Assembly: GCA_951406725.2 (NCBI GenBank)
Contig: OX597823.1
Span: 372,001-436,000 of the forward strand
Direction: 5' to 3'
Origin: Octopus vulgaris
Taxonomy: Eukaryota
DNA length: 64,000 nucleotides
Shown here: positions 27,506-40,793 of the stretch, in pieces
Layout of the letters: each line of letters starts with the position of its first letter
Numbering within the stretch: position 1 is the first letter of the stretch
Made by a program: the position numbers and the translations under genes
Notes under the pieces: model-generated
What the model saw: only the letters and a program-made list of their open reading frames with translations
Databases searched by the model: none
Told to the model about the DNA's origin: nothing

Positions 27506-30500
27506 GCACACACACACACACACAAACATATGAATGTATGTATGTACAAGCATCTAAAAACACTAACAGAACACTGAGGATTTCAAAAGTTGGAAAAATG
27601 TGAACATAAACTACACTGCAATCCCAGCATCATCAACAATATTGACTACAGAGGGCTGTAATGAATTTTAGATAAAATAGACGCCCCCCCCCCCCCCAAA
27701 AAAAAAGTGATTAATTCATCGTTATCTCCTTTATAAAAACCTCAATTAAAGATATTTCTACCAAAAGCCTCCCTGAAACCATTATTTAAAATTTATCTGC
27801 AACAACATACCAGCTCAAACTGATGTCACTCAAATCTCATCAAAGAAACAAATGTTAAAAACTAAGCTAATTTGCAAATCACTATTTCAAAACGAATTGA
27901 ACTGTTGGTCCAGTTTTACAAAGACACACCCTTCATCACACAGCACAGTAGGAATATGCTACAATAGTTATGATTCAGACAAAAAAATTCCAAATATTTT
28001 CTTCATAAATTGAAAAACAGCAAAAAGACCTTCATTTAACTGGGGAATGATTGGTGTAAAATATAGGCCAAATTAATTAATCTAAAAATAACCAACAAAT
28101 CTATTACACACAGGTACACACACACACACAATATTAGAAAGAATCACAGTAAATCTCATCCATCCAAAGAACAGGCAGAAAAGATTCACCAGAAACAAGT
28201 CTTTTTGTACACATTATTCCTTTTCTATTATCACACAGTATTAAATCCATTCATACTTTGAGTCTACTTTCCAAACAGAGAGAGAAACTTCTTTCCTGTC
28301 AAAATAGAGCAGCTCCCAATTATTTCTACTGTTGGAGACCTTAATCACTTTGCTTAACTAGGACAATATAAGGTTGGCTGGATCTGTTGAAGCACTACTA
28401 CACAAAATAATTGTCCTTTTAAACATATCTGTTGTTTTGGGTGCAGCTTATTAATAAATCAACCTTCAACATGGCAAGATCTAGAATCAAAATCGTTTCA
28501 GATGTAATCACCTCCTCACTTTTCAAACAGTAAACTATATACATTATTTACATTTGACGGATATTTGCCCATCTTGTTTGCTGTTAACACAACATTTCTT
28601 AAATATAGAACGTTTCCTAAACATAGAACTGTAGTAAACTCTATTTCTCAATGAATTCTTCTTTGAAGATGACAAGGTGTGATTTGTAGAAGATTTGCTA
28701 TTCTGAGCAAGTAATGCAACCATATAGAGGTTCGTCCAATTAGCTTTATAATGAGAAACTACTTTTCTAAAAAAAATGCATCTATTACTGCTTGAAGTCA
28801 TGTCTGTCTCATTGACAAAACTTTTCCTCTAGACTGCATGAAACTATTGAATGTATCAAAAGTAGAAATAGGGCAAAGCAGCACAGTTGAACAGATTAGA
28901 AACGAGGGACATTTATGGAAGCCTCTACTGCTCTTTACAACTGAAATGACAAAGACAAGTCTCTCTTAATAGAACTCTAATCAATAGCAGGTCAACATGT
29001 TGTACTGTAGAATCATTAATGCCATTTCCCCAGAACTAAAGTTAATTGTCCAAATATCTCATGATAAAACCAAGTCAACATTTTCACAACAGGAAATATA
29101 TGTTATATGAAAAAGTATTTTCAGTATTTTCAGAACAAGTTGACAATCTTGGGAGGAATTTCTGGTTTGAAAAGGAGTTCTAAATTGTGAAGATTTCTAG
29201 AACTCTTTCACAAGTCTATAATCTATCAGCCATTGTTCAAAATGATATTTAAATATTAAACAGAAAAGACAAGGTCAGCTAGCTATTTAGATGTATTTTT
29301 ACTTGCTTGCATCAGTGGGGTGGTTTAACAGACATTGAAATTTGTATATCTAGTGTATGTGAGAGAGAGAGAGAAAAATAATCATTTAAATGCAAAGTTT
29401 ATGTGATATCCCATTTCTAATTGAAACAACTTAAAACAAGTTAATTTAACACATCAGTCCACTAATTTAGTTTTGTAGCAGTTGTAAGATTAACCTCAAA
29501 GCTAAGCAACTGATCTTAAAATATCTAAAATCTTGTTAAAACAGAACAACTGAGAAGTATATTTAAGAGGATTATTAAACTATTGTTGTATTAATTTTTC
29601 TATGCAGGAATGAATAATATGCTTTTCACAAATTGGAATATTTTCCATATTTGAGAAAGATATTTTATAAATAGACATTCTCTATACATCTTTCTGCTGG
29701 GATAGACATAAGTTTCAAGAGTTCTGTTCTCTGTTTCAGGTCACTAAAAGTCACAATGCTTATCCCTGATGTTATTTTCTCCATCACAAAGTGAAAATAG
29801 CATCTATTTACAAGATCCTTCAAGGACAGCAAATTTTGCACTTGAGACCATGAGATCAGCAGCAGCAGCCCAACACCTTAATCTTGCAGACACTGCAGTT
29901 TATATTTAGCCAATATTTGTATCTATGTAGGCAGACTAATAACAAACAAAATCAGGTAGTTTAGCAGAATTTTAAAAACATTTTTCCAGTTAGTAAGAAA
30001 AAAAAAGAAGTTGATGTGTGACGAGAAGATTTCTTTGTCAGACAAAATCAGGGTGGAATTGTGTGCAGTGAAGAAGCATTTAGAATATTGAAGAGAGGCA
30101 TGAAGCAGAACAGCTTTGAAGGCTGGCAAAATGTTAAGTTCTTCACAATCCATCAATAAGATAAAAAATGAAGTGGCTTAATGAAAGCAGTTTAGATAGA
30201 AGCCAAGATATATATATATATATAGAGGGGGGGGTTAGATAAAAAAAAGAAGAAAAGAATGAAGATTGGTTTTCTTTCACAGATGATAGTTTTTTAATTG
30301 AGCAAGTTGAGTTAAGTGTCTTGTTCAGGAACACATACATAATGCTTGTAACAACAAGATACAAACTCATGACCCACAAGTCTAATATGTTAACCATTCA
30401 AGAGTCTGCTTCTAATAATAATAATAATAATAATAATAATGGTCTCAAATTCTGAAACAAGACCAACAAATTTCAAGGGAGAAATTGAAATCACAATCTT

Positions 30501-30562
30501 GTGATCATGAGTGCAACAACCTAACCAGTTGGCTATGCACCTTCATAAAGATGATGATAATG

Positions 30563-30603
<41 letters not shown>

Positions 30604-30699
30604 TGTTTCTAATTTAGGCTCAAGGCCAACAATTTTGAGAGGAAAAAACATTAGACCAGAGACTGCAACAGCTTGTGTTTCAATGGCCCACAACTCTTC

Positions 30700-30950
30700 A
30701 ATATGCTCTCACAAAGCCTGTGAGACCTCCATGGGGTGAATTTAGGTGTTTAGAATAAAACTGTATCTCTTCCTGTCAAGAGTTCCGAATGAACCTACCT
30801 CAAGGTAAGAAATGCAGATGAGGGCAGTAACATCAGACTCCCTCATTCATAAAAAGGCACATATCAGAAGAGGTTTAGTGAAAGTGTAGTAAAGCTAATG
30901 GCAGTGCCCCAGCATGGCCACAGCTTTCATCTCAACTTGAAACTAGTAAA
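30700..30950 (+). mobile_element. Degenerate 3' end of the CR1-like LINE family seen at 4215-5400
   Basis: TTCCTGTCAAGAGTTCCGAATGAACCTACCTC matches 5199-5230, and the GGCAGTGCCCCAGCATGGCC tail is shared. Confidence 0.8.
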
Positions 30951-31033
30951 AAACACAGCATAACAGAACACACATATATATATCCAAACTGAATGAATGG
31001 AACAGGTAAAATCCAGGTTACATATGTTTCTTA

Positions 31034-32286
31034 CAAGCTGGTATCAAAATGTTCCCAGATTAGTTTTGTAGTGCACCAACAGATGGCAGCACATGGTTGT
31101 GTAAGCAGCGAGAGCTAGCAGTGACTTTCATGGTTGTGTTTACTTTGCAAGTTGTGAAATTTATGTTTTTGTGTAGTCTGTGGTTTTGTCATGGACAGGA
31201 GGTCGGATCAAGAAGCCGATATGAAATTTTGCATTAAACTGAGGAAATCTGCTAGAGACATTGAGCATGCTTCGGTAAGCTTATGGCAACGAGGCAATGG
31301 GTTGTACACAATGTTCTGAGTGGCACAGGTGCTTCAAAAGTGGAAGAATGTCCCTGGAAGACAACAAGCAATCTGGAAGACCTGCCATGAGTGTCAGCCT
31401 TGGAATTGTGGAGCAAATTCATCAGTTTGTGCATGAGGATCATTGGAGGACAATCAATGGCATTGCTGATGCTGTTGGTCTATTGTATGGGTCTGTGCAG
31501 GCAACCGTAACATCTGAATTGAACATTCAGATGTCTCTGCCAAGTCTGTCCTCTGCTGCTGACCAATGAGCACAAAGAACATCATGTTGAAGTCTGTCAG
31601 GATCTCTGTAAGCATCCCACTGATGACCTGTCCTTCACATTGAGAATCAATACTGGTGATGAGAGTCGGATCTACAGGTACAACCCTGAGACGAAGTAGC
31701 AGTCATCACAATGGAAGGGCCCTTCATCTTTACAAGCAAAGAAGGCACGGCAGAACCACAGCTCAATCAAAAGTATTTTCATCATTTTTTTTTTGACATC
31801 AGCTGTGTTGTGTATTGAGAATTCTCCCCCAAGGGCCAGACTATCAACTGAGAGTTCTACTGTAACGTTTTCAAGCATTTGAAGGAGGACATTTGACAGG
31901 AGCAACTGGATTTGCGGAGAATTGGATTCTTCACAACAACAATGCACACTGACACTGAGTTCTCCCTCAAAACAACATGGTATCACTTCTGCACTCACCC
32001 CACCCATTCACCAGATTTAGCACCTGCAGAATTCCATCTCATCCCCAAGATGAAAATGCAGCTCAAAGGTTTTAATACCGTTGTTGAGATCCAGAGAAAA
32101 TTGCAGAAGGTTCTCAACTTATGGAAAACAACTTCCAGGCTGGATTCTAAAAGTGGCAACAATGTTGGGACCGGTATATTGCTGCGATATACCGGTATAT
32201 TCCGAGGGAGATGATGTTAAAACTTAAGCAAATTAGTTTTTTTTTATTAAACACAACTAGTCTGGAAACTTTTTGATACCACCTCA
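31034..32286 (+). mobile_element. Mariner transposon (third family), degenerate
   Basis: TIRs CAAGCTGGTATCAAAATGTTCCCAGATTAGTT / AACTAGTCTGGAAACTTTTTGATACCACCTCA with TA flanks. Motifs FKSGRMSLED..SGRP, TGDES and HSPDLAPAEF. Confidence 0.9.
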
Positions 32287-32576
32287 TAGCTGGTTGATTC
32301 TCTGATGTAATAATTATTCAATGAGAGGTACTTGGCAAAGCTATTCATCAGGCCAAGAATATCTTGAGTACATGAAGGTTGCATTGTCATTTGGGAATCC
32401 CAAGTTAACTCACTGCAGATCTGAGTTAAACATGAGTGGTGAAGCCATAACAAATGTAATAAAAATTGTTACTGTTCCTGACTACACTGGACCCTTTTTG
32501 TTTTCTCTCTTTGCTACAAACTGATGAAGCTTACTAACTTCCTACACTTGGATTCCTGGATTTTACCCTTGTATAT

Positions 32577-32771
32577 ATGAGTGGCTGCTGAAAAGTTCCT
32601 GGTTTTGGGCAAAAGAAAATACAGGGGATCATTTAATTATGATTTTATTGAACATATTCCCCTCTCAGATTCACATGTCTACTGCAGGGGTCCTTCAGTT
32701 TTTCTAAGCCCTGTAAAAGAACTCGGAAGGTTGGGCATCCGTAAAACCAGGAACTTTTCAGTACTCTCCTA
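32577..32771. mobile_element. Mariner-type MITE
   Basis: Terminal inverted repeats GCTGAAAAGTTCCTGGTTTT / AAAACCAGGAACTTTTCAGT, ~195 bp, no ORF. Confidence 0.7.
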
Positions 32772-32804
32772 CACATGTATGTGTGTATATACACACACAC
32801 ATAC

Positions 32805-32839
<35 letters not shown>

Positions 32840-33109
32840 ATTGCATCCAACTACGGTCACCACACAGTACAAAGTTAATGTTGGAACTCTAAGCAATCTA
32901 GTGGAACTATACAAAGAAAAATGTCTCAATGTAATGTCTCTGCTACTGGGGAAGGCTGAAAAAGTTTAGACTCTACTTCCTAGAGTGAAGGCAGGAAAGG
33001 TATGCAGAGATATACGTATGGGAAATCTTGGAAGGACTTGTACAAAACTGGCTTTGAAAGTTATATAAACACATCCGTGTTAGGGTTCTATTATAGCAGG
33101 TATATATTA

Positions 33110-33645
33110 AATGAGAGGAAAAACCAAAACCAAGGCAGAACGAGTATCTCAAGTCATTTAGAATATTTTAATTAGGGTAAGTTGAATTTTCAGACTTACA
33201 GCCATTTCTGAGGTGACCTAAGTGGTTGGTTAGCATGTCTATGCACTGGGTATTCCATCATCAGAGACAAGGTATGAATATTTTAGACGGGAAAAATTTA
33301 CAGTTTACAAGGAATAAAATTCACAGTTTATAAGGAATAAAATAGAAGAATAAAGAGTAAAAGTAGTTAGAAGAATAATGTTCACAACTTGTCTTTTTCC
33401 AAAGAATATGGATGTAGGTTGGTACTTCCATGAAGGTACAAGTTTTTAGTTAAAATACATCATTCAGAACACAGCCAAAATATTGCCTGGATATTACCTG
33501 GGAATGCCCTGTGCATGGACATGCTAACCAACCAGTTGGATTATCCCAGAAACAGTTGTAAGACTTCAAATTCACCTTACTCTAATTAAATTATTGTAAA
33601 TTACTTGAGATACTTGTTCTGCCTTGGTTTTGATTTTACCTCTAA
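33110..33645. mobile_element. Older Penelope-type fold-back element (diverged arms 33110-33256 / 33490-33645)
   Basis: The arms are diverged reverse complements. The element contains a hammerhead remnant and abuts (TA)n. Confidence 0.7.
33193..33268 (-). ncRNA. Degenerate hammerhead motif
   Basis: Minus strand GTCT-CTGATGA-TGG...CA-GAAAT-GGCT-GTA-AGTC. The opposite arm preserves GAAAC-AGTT-GTA-AGAC, so the two-arm consensus is a canonical motif. Confidence 0.6.
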
Positions 33646-33648
33646 TAC

Positions 33649-33680
<32 letters not shown>

Positions 33681-33715
33681 CGGTATATACGGTATATATA
33701 TATATACGGTATATT

Positions 33716-34377
33716 GACTAGAGACCGAGACCTCTGGAAGTGTGCTGTGCACGAGAAGACCCGGCAGGACAAGTGAGTCCACAACCCGTGGCCTTCTACA
33801 TGGGATGGAGCCAGCCTACGTATGCATACCTTCCCTTCTTGGGACACAAAACTCTACTTGTGAAGACGTGTTGAGGCAAGTGAGGATCAGAATCGAAATC
33901 GATCAATGGAAATTGCGGATGTGCTACCAGTGCCGGTGGCATGTCGAAACTCTGCTTGTGAAGACCCATTGAGGCAAGTGAGGATCAGAATCGAAATCGA
34001 TCAATGGAAATTGCAGATGTGTTACCAGTGCCGGTGGCATGTAAGAGAACTTTCCGTTTCGCGACCGTTGCCAGCACCGCCCCGTTTCGTGTCCGTTGCC
34101 AGCCTCGCCTGGCCCTCGTGCCGGTGGCACATAAAAAGCACCATTCGTTCGTGGCCGTTTGCCAGCTCTGTCTGGCACCAGTGCGGGTGGCACGTAAAAA
34201 GCACCCACTACACTCACGGAGTGGTTGGCGTTAGGAAGGGCATCCAGCCGTAGAAACACTGCCAGATTTGACTGGGCCTGATGAAGCCTTCTGGCTTCAC
34301 AGACCCCAGCAGAACCGTCCAACCCATGCTAGCATGGAAAACGGACGCTAAATGATGATGATGATGATGATGATGAT
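33716..34377 (+). mobile_element. RTE LINE 3' end / RTE-tail element with internal ~98-bp tandem duplication and (ATG)n tail
   Basis: 33849-33944 is repeated at 33947-34042; it ends in CATGCTAGCATGGAAAACGGACGCTAAA(TGA)n. Confidence 0.85.
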
Positions 34378-34457
34378 TGTTATGAAAAAAGGGGGTCGAA
34401 TTAATTAATTATACTTCAAATATACTTCAAATATACCGTAAATACTTCAAATATACC

Positions 34458-34499
<42 letters not shown>

Positions 34500-34503
<4 letters not shown>

Positions 34504-34661
34504 AGAAAAAGGGAGGCAGTCAAAATTTTGGATAATTCTTTATTAGCGCTTTCATTCATTTACTGAACTCATCTGATTTTGTCTTGATGTGTTCGATAAA
34601 CGAATAACAGTGTTAGTAAAGAATTATCCAAAATTCTAACTGCCTCCCTTTTTCTCAATAT
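34500..34661. repeat. Small fold-back element next to (TA)n
   Basis: ATTGAGAAAAAGGGAGGCAGT...GGATAATTCTTT is inverted at 34618-34660. Confidence 0.8.
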
Positions 34662-34689
34662 ACAATACCTGTACACCACTTCAAAAAAC

Positions 34690-35625
34690 TCTATACATGT
34701 GTTCTACAAGGCACTGTGTTGGGCCCACTTCTTTTCATCATCTAAATCAATGACATTATTGACATCACCATGCACAGTAACAAAAGAATCTTTGCAGATG
34801 ATTCCAAGATCCAGAAGGTCATCAATGACTGGGCAAGCCCTCCGTCAGATCTAATGGCCAGAGAAGGGCAGAAAAGAATAATATTCTGCTGAACGAGGAC
34901 AAATTTGAGTTAATCTGCTTTGGAAAAGAGGATACCCTGAAACATCCATACTCTCTTCTTTTAGGTAAAAACTCACATGGCATCCAACAACATCAGAGGC
35001 TTAGGAGCAATTGTGGACAACAACATTCTCAGAACTTTCCAGTTGAGAGATATCCACACCATTATCCTTCTCTTCTCCACTTTTGCCTGTGCCCACCTTG
35101 AATACTTTTGTCCACTGTGGTCTCCCCACAGGAAACAAAGTATCATGAAAACTGAAGATGACATGACAGGCTCTCAAGATTTATTCCCTCCAATGCATCC
35201 ATGAATACTACATCATCTACATGAAATGGAAAATATTCCATCAGCATTGCCCAAATGATGTTGGCATCGCCTTTCAGATACACCCAAGACTTGAGCCCCA
35301 TGCTATCCACCCACAACATAAATCATATTCATATCATATAACAAAAATATGGCACAATTATTTCACCTCAATTGGTCCCGCTCTCTTTAACATTACACCA
35401 AAACTCATTAAAGCAGAAACAGAATCCCATGAAGTTCAAGAAGTTTTTAGACAAATTCCTTAAAAAAATCCCAGATCAACATCCTACACCTGGATATATC
35501 TGTGCAAACGATAACTCTCTCCTCGAGTGGGCCATGTTGTCCAATTCCTGATTGAATGACTTTGCCATGCTGGAGCTATTTAGTTAGATATGTCCTGGGC
35601 CAATACTGGTCGAATACTATCAGAG
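34690..35625 (+). mobile_element. Decayed CR1-like LINE, same family as 1-476
   Basis: QGTVLGPLLF and FADD motifs at 34708-34805; 35221..35463 is homologous to 63..392. Confidence 0.85.
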
Positions 35626-35649
35626 TATATATATGTATGTATGTGTGAT

Positions 35650-36303
35650 TGTTACCAGCATCGCCTCACTGGCACCTGTTCCGGTGGCATGTGTAAAAGA
35701 CTTGAGCGAGGTCGTTGCCTGTACTGCCTGACTGGCCCCTGTGCTGGTGGCACGTAAAAGCACCCACTACACTCACGGAGTGGTTGGCGTTAGGAAGGGC
35801 ATCCAGCTGTAGAAACTCTGCCAGATCAAGATTGAAGCCTGGTGCGGCCATCTGGTTCACCAGCCTTCAGTCAAACCATCCAACCCATGCTAGCATGGAA
35901 AGCGGACATTAAATGATGATGATGATGATGATGATATATATATATATATATTTTCTTTCACTTGTTTTAGTCATTTGACTGCAGCCATGCTGGAGCACCA
36001 CCTTTTAGTTGAACAAATTGATCCTTGGACTTATTCTTTGTAAGTTTGGTACTTATCCTATTGGTCTCTTGTGCTGAACTACTAAGTTACAGGGACATAA
36101 ACACACCAGCATCAGTTGTCAAGCCATGGTGGGTGGACAAACACAGACACAAAGACACACACACACACACACACACACATATATGTATGTATATATATAT
36201 ATATACAAACTGACTGGCCTGGTGTAGCCTTCAGGCTACCCAGACCCCAGTTGAACCGTCCAACCCATGCTAGCATGGAAAGCGGACGGTAAACGATGAT
36301 GAT
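35650..36303. mobile_element. Cluster of SINE fragments (RTE-tail + at 35650-35934, LINE-tail SINE - at 35952-36150, RTE-tail + at 36211-36303)
   Basis: Each piece matches other SINE copies in the window. Confidence 0.8.
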
Positions 36304-36399
36304 AGCTACACATATACATATATATATATACACATATGCATAAATATATATATATATAGATACACATATGCATAAACATATATATATATACACACATAC

Positions 36400-36442
<43 letters not shown>

Positions 36443-36493
36443 TATATACATAAATATATAGAAATATACATATATACATACATACATACATAG

Positions 36494-36542
<49 letters not shown>

Positions 36543-36543
36543 G

Positions 36544-36715
36544 GGAGAGTTTACGAAAAAAACAAAGATGAAGACAGGTGGTGTACAAAACAAACAGATG
36601 TATTGGTATAATGCTCAGGAATAGAAAAAGTCTTTCACGTTTCGAGCCTACGCTCTTCTACAGAAAGGGACACAGAAAAAACAAGGAGAGAAAAAAATGT
36701 GTGTAGTGGCTAGAT
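36544..36715 (-). mobile_element. Short pLTR-like repeat with a minimal hammerhead-like motif (36632-36667)
   Basis: Minus strand CTTT-CTGTAGA-A-GAGC(GTAG)GCTC-GAAA-CG-TG-AAAG. The core deviates from consensus; the element is embedded in TA/CA repeats. Confidence 0.45.
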
Positions 36716-36760
36716 ATAGATATACATACATAAATATATAGATACACATATACATAAATA

Positions 36761-36808
<48 letters not shown>

Positions 36809-36860
36809 CATACATACATACATACACATATCTACATATATATATATACATACATAACTA

Positions 36861-36891
<31 letters not shown>

Positions 36892-36945
36892 TTCGTTTTG
36901 GGATTTGGTTTGCAAGATCTTTTATATGAGTTCGTGTGTTGAAGC

Positions 36946-37142
36946 ATATTCTATTGTGTCTGGGGAGAGTCATTTTCTTTTTGTACCTTATAATGTAACA
37001 CTCCCACCGGTAAAATTTCCACTTATTTCTTACTTTTTAATTTTTTTTATTTAATAATAAGAAAGTGGAAATTTTACCGGTGGGAGTGTTACATTATAAG
37101 GTACAAAAACAAAAATTACTCTCTCCAGACACAACAGAATAT
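36946..37142. repeat. Fold-back element (~78-bp inverted arms) in (TA)n
   Basis: TGTACCTTATAATGTAACACTCCCACCGGTAAAATTTCCACTT is inverted at about 37063-37105. Confidence 0.88.
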
Positions 37143-37149
37143 ACATACA

Positions 37150-37189
<40 letters not shown>

Positions 37190-37538
37190 TGTATATATAC
37201 ACATACATAACTATGCATATATGTATACACACACACACCTGGCTGAAACACACAAAGGAATATATATATATATATGCGAGAGAGAGAGGGGGGAGAGATA
37301 GTTAAATATAGTAAAGAAAGAGGAGCAGTAATAATAGGAAGTGATAGAAATGGAGTGGCAGATATTTTTTGTAGTCCAAATGGATGATAAAATATTTCCA
37401 GGGATATTCAGTTCTTATTTGCTTTGCTTCTCTTAGTACAAAATGGTGTGGATAACAGTTTTAAAACTGATTAGTTACAATAACTTGAAGGTCTGTAATC
37501 GTTTGTGGGTTTAATCCTAATGCCAACTTAATGGCATT

Positions 37539-37652
37539 TATTCACACTATGTATATATCATCATCATCATCATCATCATCATCGTTTAACGCTAGCATGG
37601 AAAGCGGACGTTAAACGATGATGATGATGATGATATATACATAGTGTGAATA
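37539..37652. repeat. Hairpin made from an RTE-SINE tail plus flanking DNA
   Basis: TTATTCACACTATGTATATATC(ATC)nGTTTAACG ... CGTTAAAC(GAT)nATATACATAGTGTGAATAA. Confidence 0.9.
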
Positions 37653-38119
37653 AGGGCACAAAAGTTGAGATTAATACAATCAATGTTTACAACTTAGAAA
37701 ATCTAATATGAAACCTAGATAAATTATATTTATAAAATGAATAACATCAATTATGCTGACTGCCAGAATTATCATGTTATCATTCAGATCTGCTGTAAAT
37801 GAAGAGGAACTCAATTCCCAGTGCATCCTCACCATTTCCTGCTCTAATAAGTTTTACCAACTGCTCATCGCCTAAACTGACCATTCCTCATAAAACAGTA
37901 AGTATTATCCCCCAACTGATGTCTAGAATGAAATCCACAATATCCTACCAAGAATGATAGTAATGGAAACTTCTGGAAGCAAATTATATTGCTTCACATT
38001 TAAGTGTTACAAACTTGAACGTCACTTTTCTGAAGAAGTCTTATTTTCCTGCCACAGCAAAGACATATGACAGGTTGAGATGATGACCAGAAAATTGATT
38101 CATTATTCAATTTTAATAT

Positions 38120-38350
38120 CCTTATTTTCAAGAAAATTTGAGAAAAGAGCAGAGTGAATGATGTGACTGCAGAATACCAAAAGCACAAGTTCTGCTGGGC
38201 CAGACATGTTGTAAAGTTCACAGACAACAGGTGTTGAGTGGTATTCAAGTGATCGGAAAGGCCACTTGGGAGGCCCCCATGTCAATGAGAAGTCAATCTA
38301 ATCAAGATGAGAAAGAAAGGCACAATCGAGAGGGAATTGGTAGCAGATTG
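38120..38350 (+). mobile_element. Old RTE-clade LINE C-terminal fragment
   Basis: Translates approximately as KSRVNDVTAEYQKHKFCWARHVVKFTDNR, resembling the W-GHV-R--D-RW motif. Confidence 0.5.
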
Positions 38351-38969
38351 TGACCAATGTTATTCATCTGCTAAAGTGTTTATGTATGTCTTTAATCTCA
38401 TCATCTCTCCGTAGTACTTCAGCTACATGGAGCAACATCTAATGTGGGAAGTCATATGAGAAAATGTGTAGTAGTTAGAGATATAAATTTGAATTCTGTT
38501 CCATGCAATGTTGCATTTTTGGCCCAACTATTTAATTCAACTCATTTGAAAGACACATATGAAATGCTATGAGCTGTTAATCTATGAAATGTGAGCAACA
38601 CCTCAGACACCAGTGTAATGTTCATATTTCAAAATATCAGGCTTCAAAATAAAATACACCAACATATTTACCCTGAATTGGGGAAACTGAAAGGAAACTT
38701 TAAGATTTTTTTAATATATTTGCTTTCCTAGAATTCTCATACATTATAAACCACCCTCAAGGACAAAAAAGTTTCATATTTAGTTTAGTAGAAGTGAAAG
38801 AATTACTGTCAAGTTAGAGAACCTGCAGAGTAATGAAAAGAGGCAAAACATGAAGCCGAAGGAGGCATGCAAGAGACTTTGAGAATCAAGAAACAGATTT
38901 TGAAGGCAATAAAAGATTTATGCAAGGACACAAAAGATACATACACACATGCAAACACACACACATGCA

Positions 38970-39002
<33 letters not shown>

Positions 39003-40704
39003 CTTTTCAAAAGCAGTCAGGTTTTAGTATTGGGGATGGTTTTAATTGAAGAATCTATCAGGCTTGATTTATAGAAAATGTCAGATTTTAGATTCATAAA
39101 AACATGCAAACAGTTCTATCATTCTAATAAAGTAATAAAAATAGTTTTTAAAAATGCATTGTAATACACAGAAATGAAAAGAGAAACGAAAAAATCTGAG
39201 GCAGTTTATGAATTAGAGGCTGGGGCGAGGGAGAGGGACGGTGAGCTCATTTAAAGTTTAAAGAAATAAATTCAGAGAAATATGAGATTAAATATGGAGG
39301 AAGAAGGGTAAAATTTAAAGTAAAACAAAAAGAAATAAATGAATAAAAGGAAATAAATCACATTTTAAAGAAATACATTTTTAACAAGAAAAATAAATAT
39401 TAACACACACACATATTTAGAAACTGGAATAAAAAGTTCAATTTAGAAAAATCAACAGATGCAGCTTAATAAAATTACAAATTCTCTTCTTTTTCACATT
39501 CTATCTTATTTGGTATTTCTAAAAAAAAAATTTTAATTTCTGCTGAAGAGGAATTAAGAATAGAATTAAATCCTATAAATGGTGGGAAAAGCTGGATTTA
39601 GGGGTGGAAGATCATAATTGTTCTTTGCCACAACATCTAGATAAAAGGGGAGTTGGTGGTAGTAGTAGTAGCAGCAGCAGCAGCATGAAAGCAATCACTA
39701 AGATGGACAGAAAGATTAATCAAGGAGGGAAAATAGTCTGGATAAAAAATAATTGAGGAGAGAGAGAGAGAGAGAGAGAGAGAAGTGTAGAATGGTAGGT
39801 ATGGCTGCGCAAACTAAAAGCAAAGGGACAAAATGAAAATGACCAATAGTTTGGCTCTTGTCAACTAAATTGATTTATTTTATTTCAGAGAGAACCCTCT
39901 ACTACAAGTGGTGCCATTGCTTAAACTAGAGCAGAAAAATAATTCTAGAAACAATAAAAGCATCTATTGCTACTATTTTGGGGTCAATTTAGTATTAATT
40001 ATTTGAGGCATAAGTTACAGTTACAATTTTGCATAGTTTTAGGGACTTCGTAAGACTTGATATTCTTTTTGTTTTGGAGTGCCCTACTCACACAATTAGG
40101 TGCTCACTTCTCACACTTAGTTCTCCCTAAGTGTAGAAGTAGTGGTGGTGCCTATTTTTCAGCCAAGATAAAGAAAGAAAAACGTCCAGCTTGAAGAACT
40201 TAATGAATGGTCAACAGCAGTGTTTGACTATGTCTGAGTATTTATGGCCACTAATTCCACATTAAAAAAACTTTTAATTTGATAGTAGACAAAATGCTAT
40301 TTTTTTATTTAATCTGAAGTTGTTTTCAAATGGAGTGAAGAGTCTTGGCCAGAGACATAACATGGTCCCAAAAGGGATAAATATTATATTTGCACATCAG
40401 AATAACCTGACTGATTTGAAGTGAGAATTTAAGTTCTGTATGTATTTGGCACCCTGATCTTCACAAATAAATACCAGGTGAAAGATACTACATTCTAGTT
40501 TATAAACCTTTACCTTTACTATAAAGTATGATCAATCCCAGGTAAGAACTAAAAAGTGGACATGATAAAAGATGAAGAGAAGTTTAATTAAACCATGACT
40601 TCCACTAATAGCAACTTCTTTTGAAATTTAGAAACAAACCCGCATTTCATATTTTGAAAGGTTTATGACTAAGAAGAAAAGACTCCTGATTTGATTGTGC
40701 TTAC

Positions 40705-40793
40705 CATGAGAATGTGTTGATTTTTATAAAGTTCTGAAATACCACAAGACCTGCTGAAGTAACTCCAAGTTGTATCTCGAGATTGCTTTGATC
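40705..40793 (-). CDS. PTPN4: FERM-domain exon (DQSNLEIQLGVTSAGLVVFQNFIKINTFS-W) of a PTPN3/PTPN4-like tyrosine phosphatase
   Basis: TTTCTAG acceptor, GTAAG donor, 89 nt, phase 0 to 2. It aligns from memory to PTPN4 DQSNNEIMIGVMSGGILIYKNRVRMNTFPW. Confidence 0.88.

Noticed and set aside
38671-38687. Possible microexons near 38671 and 38806-38821 on the minus strand
   Set aside because: They show only short AG...GT patterns, expected by chance, with no homology support.
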